The notes beneath the pieces were generated by a model. The model saw only the letters and a list, made by a program, of their open reading frames with translations. It had not been told where the DNA came from and searched no databases. DNA of 64,000 nt from Sphyrna mokarran. Its lineage: Eukaryota. Below are positions 54,262-64,000 of this stretch, one piece after another. Numbering within the stretch: position 1 is the stretch's first letter; each line of letters begins with the position of its first letter. A program made the position numbers and the translations under genes. Location of the stretch: assembly GCA_024679065.1 (NCBI GenBank), contig JAGIQG010000040.1, positions 5,332,001-5,396,000 of the forward strand. The letters run 5' to 3'.

Positions 54262-57057
54262 GCTTCTCTCTTCAATGGTGTTTTTGGACTTATAAGAAGT
54301 ACAAGTGCATAAGCAGGGGTTGCTGGCTGATTTTGAAGCGGAGTTCGAAGTCGATCAGAGGAATATTGCTTGAATTAGAAGTAATGGAAGTGAATTAGCA
54401 GCTAAGAACATCAACTTGTTCAGCTAAGTATTTCAATTGGGAAAAGTTACACTAATTCATTTGTTATAGTCAAACTGTACTATTAAGTAAAGTTAGTTTT
54501 GATAAGCCCATCCTCGTATGTCAGTAGAATCAGATCTGGAGTGAAACACCTTATCCTTACACTAATGTCAAAATAGAAACACTTGTGTCTAGTCATAACA
54601 TATGAGATTCGTAACATACTTGGGTTTTTTTCTCTGATACCATAACAACCTCCAGGTGATGGTGATTCTAATGTGGCTGCGGGTCCTGTCGTTTTAGAAG
54701 GTAAAGCTCATGGGATTTAAATGTACTGTCAAAGGAGGTTTGAAGAGTGACTACAATGCATGTTGCACACATGGCTGGTTTCAGCTGCATTCTGCCTCAG
54801 TAATGATCAACTTCCGTGCTTCAATTTTCTGGTTAATTGTGTAGGGTTATCGTCTCAATTCCAGCCCAATTCCACTGTTCCAATGACAAAACTGAGGAAG
54901 TTATACAATGTCACACATCCGCGTTTGGATATGATATCATTTGTCTTCTCTGTTAAGCGTTTAATGCCCCATAGCCGAATTGAAAGGGGAGCTGGTGAGT
55001 TAGTCATTAGGCCATGGAATTTTATAGCTCTTCATCCATTTTTGTTTGCCTTGGCCATCAGACAGTTCCATGTTTCAGCACTTTATCCGTTGCCTTGTAT
55101 ATAAAACGTTTGAAGTGTTCATTTAGATGCTTTTCAAATGCTGCTTTCATACCTGAAACATTTTGGGTGTTGTCATTGGCAAAAAAAATTACAGTTTCAG
55201 CAACATCACTCTGTATCTTGAATCACGTTTATGTCACACCAGATAAGAATGGCATATTTACCTCCCCAAAGCTGCATTAATGAACAAGATGGGGTTTGGA
55301 GCCATCGATAATAGTTGTCATTAGATTTTATTTTATTGTTTTCAAATTTCACCCACTGCCTTGGTCAGATTTGACTGTTATTCACTAAATCAGTAACCTG
55401 GATCTTTAAATCATTGATCCAATGATAATACCAGTGGGCCACCACCTCCCCATAGTCCAACGTTGACATAGACAACTATTAGCCATTGAACATGTACTTT
55501 AGAGCACCAGAGGACCGACCATGGAGAAAAGGTCCGAAGTCATGGTATTCCTATAACTCTTCTTTTTACCTAGTTGGAAGAGTTTATCAATCAAAATCTT
55601 TTCCGACTTGTTTCCACCTTCCTACAATTGGCACAAAGCATTTACAATGTAGACATTGCCAACACTGAACAGCCTCTCCTTTGAAAACCATGATGGAAAC
55701 AGTTCCCACGCCCTAACTAATGGGCAGCTCCTGCAACATTGCAACTTGCCGGGTAACACCGACGCTACTCCGGGGCCACTCTAAACTGGAACACATCACC
55801 TTAAATCGGCGTCGGTTTAACATTTTTCTTCCTATCAATGCATCTGCCTCTCTTTGGATATTCCATATAAATGACATCCAGAATACTTCGAAAGCAAGAT
55901 CTAGATGGGTGCTGGATGCATTCTCATGGTAACTACCATTGAGGATGGAATAAATGGTTTCAGCGGGAACATAAATGTATTTGTGGACTAAATGAGGCAA
56001 TGAGACCATTTGGATTGTTCTAAATCGAATCAATGGTTTTACTGGACTGTGATGAATATAGTTCTACAATCCTATCTAACTGAAACATACCCAGAAAACA
56101 TCCCGGGTATCAGTGACCGATTGAGGTTTATGCGGGGGACAGTATTGTTAACAGCAACATCAGGAATATGTTTCGGCCCGCTCTGAATATCGGTGAGTCT
56201 TTACTGACTCCCTTTTGTTTGATGGTAATGTGGTCATGTTTGCAGTAGAGCTCGACTGCAGGCAACCAAAAGTTTGTGTCTTTTCAAACCCCTTTCTCTG
56301 TTTATTGTATAAACCCTTGTGACTGAGTCAAAGTATCTGAAAACTCCCCGGTTCTTTGTTCAATGATTGACCGGGAGGTGGGGAGGGGTGGTATTGTGGC
56401 GGGGGCGTGGTGGGGAGGGAGAGTAGAAAGAGTGGGTGGTGGGGGATCTCATATGTGCCTAAATCAAAACTTGCTCCAGGAGAATATTTTTAGTGATAGC
56501 TCTTGGTTGTGTTTCCTGCTTTCAGATCCTGTAAGAATTTCAACAGTTTCAGAAAATTTGCAAAATCTCCATCACGATGTTCTCCTTCCCTGGTGAGATT
56601 GCTTGAACTGGATTCAACAAACCCCCACCCCCTCACTCACCCCACTGCCTCCATAATCAGTACTTCTTCACTTCTTCAGATCCAGTCGGGGGTGGTGTTC
56701 CACGTCAGAACACAGACCAATGGATTAACTATTGTGCAACGGGGGTTCGAATCCCACAAAGATTAATATTGTAATTTGAATTAAGTAAAAACAAGGAATC
56801 AAAAATCTAATGAAGACCATGAAACAATTGTCGATTGTTGTAAAGACTGACTTGATTTACGGACATCCTTTAAGGAAAGAAAACTATCTTCCTTACTTGA
56901 TCTGACTCACCTGTGACGCCCTATCCACACAACAATGCGGTTGACTCTCAAACATCATTTGATATGGCCGAACAAACCATTTAATATAAGGAAAATTAAA
57001 GGTGGACATTCCGTGAATGGAAAGAAAAGGAGAGAAATGGTTGCAATTCCTCTTGTG

Positions 57058-57096
57058 GGTTTTTGTACAGGGCTGGGAGTGATCAATATCACTGTG
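57058..57096 (-). promoter_or_regulatory. Consensus 23-RSS of the VH-like segment
   Basis: Minus strand CACAGTG - 23 nt - ACAAAAACC. Confidence 0.96.
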
Positions 57097-57564
57097 CCGT
57101 TGTGCACAGTAATACATAGAACTGTCTCCGATTGTTAAAGTCCTAATAGAAAGCGTGAATACGCTTTTGGAAAGGTCCTTGGACGCAGTGATTCGTTCAT
57201 CAAACTCTGGATTGTAATCCTTGCTATTTTCATTGTAGTACCAAAGGAGCCAGCCCATTCCCTTCCCGGGACTGTGTCGGTACCAAAGCATAGTGTAACT
57301 CTGAAGGTCAAATCCACTGGTTTTACAGGTTAGGGTCAGGCTTTGCCCCACTATCCCCGTCTCTGTTTCCGGCTGGGTCAACACGACATCCGACTGGACG
57401 CCTGCTAACCAAAAGAAACAATAATTATAGAGAGGTGAATTCAGTTTGTTACGCCACAGGAAATGATTAATGTTAGACAGAGACTGTGGAAACTTTCTGA
57501 AAATATCCAACTACTCACAGGATAAGATACCAAGAAACAGACCGAGAGATATGGCTAGCGCCAT
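57097..57564 (-). CDS. Immunoglobulin heavy-chain (IgM-type) V segment within the TCR delta locus, VH-delta/TAILV-like (leader 57519-57564, V exon 57097-57401)
   Basis: MALAISLGLFLGILS|CVQS DVVLTQPETETG..GQSLTLTCKTSGFDLQSYTMLWYRHSPGKGMGWLLWYY...RITASKDLSKSVFTL...DSSMYYCAQR resembles shark IgM VH frameworks; intact splice sites; TATA-like TTTATAGA ~80 bp upstream. Confidence 0.92.
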
Positions 57565-57729
57565 GCTTATAGAGCTTGTTAACTTAGACACCTCCTCCCG
57601 GGACTCCCTGCAGTCACTCACTGAACAGAGCGCTGGGCTTATCTATAAATCCTGATCGTTAGTCACAAGGGTTTGTACAAGGGCAGGGGGAGGGTTTTGA
57701 CAAGACAGTAATTATTGGCTGCCTCGAAT

Positions 57730-58730
57730 AGAAGATAAAAACTGGCTTGCCCACAGAAAGCAAAAGGTGGTTGTAGATGAGTCTTTTTCTGCATGGAGGT
57801 CAGTCACCAGTGGAGTGCCCCAGGGATCTGTTCTGGGACCCTTGCTGTTTGTGATTTTGAGGAAGGAGGGATGAGTTAGTAAGTTTGCTGATGACACAAA
57901 GGTCGGCGGTGTTGTGGATAGTGTGGAGGGATGTCAGATGTTGCAATGAGACATTGATAGGATGCATGACTGGGCGGAGAAGTGGCAGATGGACTTCAGC
58001 CCAGATAGTATCATGATTCATTTTGGTAGGTCAAATAGGATGACAGAATGTAATATTAAGGATACGATTCTTGCAGTGTGAAGATCAGAAGGATCTTGCG
58101 GTCTGGGTTCACAGGATGCTCAAAGCATTTTCGCAGGATGTGGTTAAGAAGGCGTCGAATTTAGGAGTCAGGAAATAATGCTGCAGCTTTATAAGACCCT
58201 GGTCAGACCCCTCTTGGAGTACTGTGCTCAGTTCTGGTCGCCTCATTGCAGAAAAGGATGTGGAAGCCGTAGAAAAGATGCAGAGAGATTTACAAGGATG
58301 TTGCCTGGATTGGATGGCATGCCTTATGAGGATAAGTTGAGAGAGCTCGGTCTTTTCTCGTTGGAGAGAGAAAGGATAGGGGGTGACCAGATAGAGGTTT
58401 ATAAGATGATGAGAGGTATTGATCGAGTGGATTCTCAGAGGCTTTTTCCCAAGCTGAAATGGTTTCAGAGGACACAGATTTAAGGTAATGGGAAGGAGGT
58501 AAAGAGGAGAAGTCAGGGGTACGTTTTTCACTCAGAGGGTAGTGGGTGCGTGGAATCGGATGTCGGCAGTAGTGGTGGAGGCGGATTCGATAGGGTCTTT
58601 TAAGAGACTTCTGGATAAATGCATGGAACTTAGTAAGAGTGTTATAGGTAAGCCTAATAGGTAAGGACGTGCTCGGCGCAACTTGGGGGCCGAAGGATTT
58701 GTTTGTGCTGCAGTTTTTCCATGTTTGTAT
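57730..58730 (+). mobile_element. CR1-clade LINE RT/3' fragment between the V-delta RSS and the VH promoter
   Basis: GVPQGSVLGP, SKFADDTK and LYKTLVRPLLEYCAQFWSP motifs. Confidence 0.88.
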
Positions 58731-58836
58731 GCCTGCCTGCCTACCCCTGTGTTGATGCTGCAATTCTACAACACCGACCTTAGACAGTGGGACTGCACAA
58801 ATTCCCCAGAGTTCCTATTGCCTGGGAGAGAACTGC

Positions 58837-58875
58837 AGTTTATGTAGAGACTGCTGCCTGGAATGTGTCAGTGTG
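58837..58875 (-). promoter_or_regulatory. 23-RSS
   Basis: Minus strand CACACTG - 23 nt - ACATAAACT. Confidence 0.85.
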
Positions 58876-60786
58876 TGTGTTTTAAGGCGCAGAAGTATTT
58901 CCTGGAGTCTTCAGTTGTCACTGGTGCAACTGTGAGATTGATGATTCTGTAAGTTTTGGTCAGGGAGGAGGAAAAGCGACGCCTGGAAAATGTGGCGCTG
59001 TCGCTGAAACCATCGGTGCAGCGAACAAGAATATACTCGGGAATTCCCCCCATGGCTGGATAGAGGGGTTCCCGGTACCAGAACAAGCAAGCCCTCTCCA
59101 CCTCTGTGTAGGAGCAGGTAATGGTCGTAGTGGCTCCCTGCTGGACCCTCATCTCTGCCTCTGGCTGGTGTACGACTGCGGATGCAGCCAGGCTACCTGA
59201 AGGAGAGAGAAAACTAGAATTAAGTGGAGGTGCCACGCATTCTATCGATTTGAAACTGAGGAAATGCAGGGAAGAGGAAGGATGGGGTGGGCCCAATGGA
59301 GGTTGGGCCCAGTTCCCTCAGTAAGCATCGTGCTGCTGTTGGAGGTTGCCAGCAGTCGCGGTTTTGCACTGTGAGTGCATCTATTGTACGAAGCTAAGCA
59401 GGAGGGTAGTGTTCAGCTTCGTGCAACAGTACGAAGCTGAGCACCCCCGATGTGCCGCCTGACCAGAGACTTGAAGATTTAACGTATGGCTACATCAATA
59501 TCTGCAATACGTATCCAAAACCAAATGAGGCCTGTGATGTGTTGATAACAGGCCATGTTTTTAAATGCGATGGAATCATTTCAAATTTGTTAACGCAATA
59601 ACAGGCCATTCGGCGCGAGGATTTTTGCTCGTGTTTATTCACCCCAGCCTCACTTCTTCTCACACTATGAGGTTAGCGGCCTATTACTCTTTCTTTCCAC
59701 GTGATAGCCCTCTGAAATACATAATCATCGTTCATGTCACATATTCCATGTTCTACAGTTCCATGTTCTCATCATTGACTTATGGAACTAAAAAAGGCTT
59801 TGCCTAGATCCTACACTAATGGCTTTGTGATTTATTCTGTCCTGGGATGTGAGAGTCGCAAGGCTGAGCCAGTATTTACTGACCACGCTTATTTGCCCCC
59901 TTGAGAAGAGAGTGTGGAGTTGCATTCCTGGAGTGTTTCGTGTCCAGATGCACAAGGGACACTCAACAGTACTTTCAGGGGGAAGATGACGTCTCCCATG
60001 TTTTGATCCAGCGACCGTCATAGAAAGGTGACTCTAGCTTATTGGATGTGGAAGCTTTTCGATCTATCTGTAGCAATTTCCTTTCAAGTGCTAGATGTTT
60101 TGGGTCTGGAAGGCACTGTCCAAGGAATGTTTGGTGAACTATTCATATCTATGATTGGTTTGGCTTTTCTCACTACTGAAACTTTGAAATTTGTAAAGTT
60201 CTAATCATTAAATAAACTCAGTCACTAGTAATATTGCTATGTACTTGTCTCGTAAGATCAATATTAAACATAAGAATATAAAATAATTTATTGAAAGGAA
60301 ATCAATGAGAATAACTAAATTAGGTTGCTTTGTCAGAGTCACAAGTAGGCTTACATTAACACTACTCTGAAGTTACTCTGAAAATCCGCTAGTCGGATAG
60401 ACACTCCAGCGTCTGTTTAGTTACACTGAGGTAGAGAGTAGCACGGCCAGTGCACATCTTTCGGATGCAGGAGGAAACCAGAGCACCCAGAGGAAACTCA
60501 TGCAGACATGGGGGAATGTGTAGACTCTGCAGAGCGATTCAAGCCGGTAACCGAATCCGGGTCCCTGGCGCTATGAGGCAGCAGTGCTAAACATTGTGTC
60601 AAAATGCTCCCCCCAATAATTAAATTCAAAAATTGTGAATATTGCTCCAATTTTTCTCTCAGTGCAACATGAAGTGTGGAAGAATAAAAGGCTTTCTTGA
60701 GAGGTAATCACTAAGAATCTGAAGTGTTACTCACCTGAGATGATTGCTGCTAGAATGAAGGTTTTTAACCCTAATGCGTGATCCAT
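58876..60786 (-). CDS. TRDV: TCR alpha/delta-type V segment with two extra Cys (leader 60735-60786, V exon 58876-59196)
   Basis: Leader MDHALGLKTFILAAIIS + GTGAGT, ~1.5-kb phase-1 intron, VVHQPE...TITCSY..ERACLFWYRE...LVRCTDG...EDSRKYFCALK; TATAAA ~55 bp upstream of the ATG. Confidence 0.87.
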
Positions 60787-61443
60787 CTGCAAGTTGTATT
60801 CGCAATGGTTAGAATAGTACAAAATATCTTGACTCGCTTCTTTATAATGAGGAACAGGCCTGAACAGGAAGTGCAGTTATTAGGCTTTCACCAAAATAGG
60901 AACTATAAAGCCAGCTTGTTTGTACACGTTGTGTTACCACGTGTGGAATCAATGGAGAATGCGACGGGCATTGAAAAGGCTACTGAATGAATCAATTAAG
61001 AAGCCTGAATTAGGAGCAGCGTCTGAGACTGTGTTGTCACTGTGTCCACTATAATGAAAGTGAGACCGAGCGCATTGATACAGGCACTGACATTGAGAGA
61101 TAAGAGTGTGATAGAAGACAGAGAAATAGAGACATAAGATGGGGTCAGGGGGTAAATATTTTGTTGGCTTTCCTGCCACCTGATGGAAGAAATAAGAATT
61201 TCTCCATCAGCAATCTCCTGCTTTGCTTTGGAAGACAGTAGTTGCTTCTGAAACCCTTTCAGAAGGGCATTGCAGAAACACGGCTGTGATCATTAAATAG
61301 CGGTGTGGCGTAAATGATTAATTGCAGCAAAAAGGCAAGATTTGCAAGAAGGCAGTCATACTCAAACATAAACACACAGGCACAAACACACAAAGAGTCT
61401 CTCACTTCCAGCAATCTCCCTCTGTTGGACTCTGTCCTTATTT

Positions 61444-61486
<43 letters not shown>

Positions 61487-61689
61487 AAAGACTATCTTGC
61501 ATTTCACCTATGGTACGTTAACAAATGTCTCAGTGTCCACTTTGCTTGTTACATCTTCAAAGGACTCTAGCAAATTAGTTCAAACGAATTGCCCTTCGTA
61601 AAGCTCCATGCTGACTTTAATGGATTGTATTCTGGCATTCTAGTTGTCTGTTACTATAAATCTAAGGATGGATTCAAGCAACTTTTCAA

Positions 61690-62200
61690 CGACAGGGGCA
61701 TAGCCTCTCAGGGGAAAATACCAGTAGCAGCCAGGCTTGTGGCGCCACAGCTAGTTCTGCTGCAGAGCAAGATCGAGGTAAGTTCAAGCGAATGAAAGTC
61801 GTAGGAGACCGGATAGTCAGGAGCATAGACAGGCATTTCTGTGGCAACGAACAACATTTTAGGATGCTTTGTTGCCTCCCTGGTTTCAGGGTGCTGGGTT
61901 TCTCTGAGCAGGCAAAGGGCATCCTGAAACGGGGATATGAATAGAAAGATGCCATCGTCCACATTGGCATTAATGACAGAGGCAAGAAAGGGGAAGAGGT
62001 CCTGTGAAGGCAATTCAGGAAGTTAGATAGGGAACTAAGAGCAGGACCTCTGGGGTAGCAATCTCAGAATTATCCTCCATATTACGTACTAATGAGGCTT
62101 GCAACAGGGAAATAGTACAGTTGAATCCGTGGCTAAAGAGCCCGTGTCTGAGGGAGGGCTTTAGATATATGAATCACCGGAATGTCTTCAGACAACTGAA
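61690..62200 (+). mobile_element. CR1 LINE ORF1 (esterase-like) remnant
   Basis: Degenerate IVRS.DRHFCG...RMLCCLPG.RV...IVHIG.ND motif. Confidence 0.6.
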
Positions 62201-62639
62201 GGATTTATTGGAGAATTGGGCTATATTTTTTCTTGTTCCTATTATATTTATTTTAATACAATTTAATGCAAATGAACCTATTCACAGAATCTATACCAAT
62301 CTCAGGAAGAGTTACAGGCGAACTCGAACACATACACACACGAACAATTTCACAGATATACTCTCTCAAACCGAAACAAGGAAACTCACAGGCACACACA
62401 CAAACACATTTACAGATACACATAATCTCAGACAAACAGCTACAGGCAAACAGGCAAACACACACAAACACATTCACGAACGCATACAGACATACAAAAA
62501 CACAGACTTACACAAACACAAGCATAGACACACATTAGACGTACACACAATCACACACATTCACCAACACAGAGACAAACTGAGGCAATGAATGGTTGAT
62601 GTTAATCTCTCTCTAATCCACTAGCTGGGCACTAAAATA

Positions 62640-63500
62640 ATGTAAGAAGTCTCACAACACAAGGTTAAATTCCAACAGGCTTATTTGATAGCAAAATCCA
62701 CTAACTTTTGGAGCGCTGCACCTTCGTCGGGTAAGTGGCAGTTTTACTCATAAGCGGGCGTATAAAGACACAGACTCAATTTATAAAATGACGGTTGGAA
62801 TGCGAGTCTTTACAGGTAATCAAGTCTTTTTGGTACAGACAATGTGAGTGGACAAAGGGTTAAGTACAGATTAAAGAGATGAGTATTGTCTCCAGCCGGG
62901 ACAGTTAATGAGATTTTGCAAGAACAAGGAAAATCGTGGGTGTCACAGATAGTGTGATATGAACCTAAGATCCCGGTTGAGGCGTCCTCATGTGTGCGGA
63001 ACTTGGCTATCAGTCTCTGCTCGGTGACACTGTGCTGTCGTGTATCATGAAGGCCACCTTCGAGAACGCTTACCTGAAGATCAGAGGCAAAACACCTGCG
63101 ACCGCTGAAGTGTTCCTCAACAGGAAGAGAACACGCTTGCCTGGTGATTGTCGAGAGGTTCATTCATCCATTGTTGTTGCGTCTGCATTGTCTCCCCAAT
63201 GTACCATGACTCTGAACATCCTTTCCTGCAGCATATCAGGTAGGCAACGTTGGCCGAGTTGCAACAGTATGTACCCTGTACTTGGTGGATGGTATTCTAT
63301 GTGAGACTCTACATTTAAGTCTTGATTATCTGCGAAGACTCGCATTCCAACTATTATTTTGCAAATTAAGTTTGTGTTTTTATATGCCCTGTTTGTGAAC
63401 AGAACTCCCACTTACCTGACGAAAGGGCAGTGCTCCGAAAGCTTTTGCTACCAAATAAACCTTTGAACTTTAATCTGGTGTTGTGAGACTTCTTACTGTG
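62640..63500 (-). mobile_element. Penelope-like retroelement fragment (GIY-YIG endonuclease C-terminal part) bounded by inverted repeats
   Basis: SLPVEEHFS...SDLQVSVLEGGL..EQRLIAKFRTHE motif; 62640-62825 is an inverted copy of ~63315-63497. Confidence 0.78.
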
Positions 63501-64000
63501 TTTAGCCATGTCGAAAGCCTGCGTCGCCACCTCATCACTAAAATCATAACAGAAATCAATCTAAAGTATGTGAAATGAGAAAATGTATAAATATACTCCA
63601 CATCTCAGAATAGGAGTGAAATTGATGATTTCTCTGTTATCTGTGATCTTTGAACAAATACAGAATTGGAGAGATTATAATATTTGAATTTTAATATCTA
63701 ATGTGTAAAGTATTTGGGAACAGAGTGGATTTGATACAGGCTGGAAGACAGATTGAGGTTATGAGATTGAAGCTGCTGTTCTGAGTGAATGGTTGTGTTA
63801 CAGAGAGGGATGCTGGATGGGAGAGAGAGGGATGGATGGGGAGAAGGAAGAAGGGTGAGATAGATGGAGGAACAGATGAATGGATGGATAGGGGTGAATG
63901 TGAGAAGCTGAAGTTTCCAGTTGAAGAGGTTCTCAGTGCCTCCAAGCAACTGAACTGTGGAAGCTTTTGGGCAGAAACTGTTCTGCTGCTGTTCCCAAAG

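Noticed and set aside
53865-54650. Possible solo LTR spanning the gap, and TTAGGG next to the Ns
   Set aside because: Ends and target duplication cannot be verified across the gap, and one hexamer is not evidence of telomeric sequence.
56271-56560. Candidate IgH-type D segments downstream of the VH
   Set aside because: Nonamer-like strings exist but no heptamer keeps the essential CAC/GTG.
58876-59196. NAR-TCR supporting V-delta
   Set aside because: It has its own leader exon and TATA, and no NAR-TCR V-D-J cassette is visible upstream in the window; not fully excluded.

Overview
Vertebrate genomic DNA, almost certainly from a cartilaginous fish (inferred from HE1-like SINE / CR1-type LINE content and from the antigen-receptor sequences). 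The window holds the core of a T-cell receptor delta locus on the minus strand. In transcriptional order: a TCR alpha/delta-type V with extra cysteines (60786-58876), an intact IgM-type immunoglobulin heavy-chain V with a consensus 23-RSS (57564-57058), a 156-N gap, one D with 12/23 RSSs (49011-48996), eight J segments (five intact, three pseudo; 48773-38287) and a three-exon C-delta (31168-27600). Downstream of C-delta are an intron-containing EMC4 pseudogene and three inverted (plus-strand) V segments, two intact and one pseudo. No IgH D/J/C and no J-alpha/C-alpha were found. The main finding is an antibody-type VH positioned as the most D-proximal V of a TCR delta D-J-C unit (VH-delta/TAILV-like chimeric receptor). 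The rest is mostly CR1 LINE and SINE fragments, a hAT derivative, a Penelope-like element and TG-rich simple sequence. Most ORF-track entries are spurious. All coordinates were read by eye; repeat boundaries are approximate.
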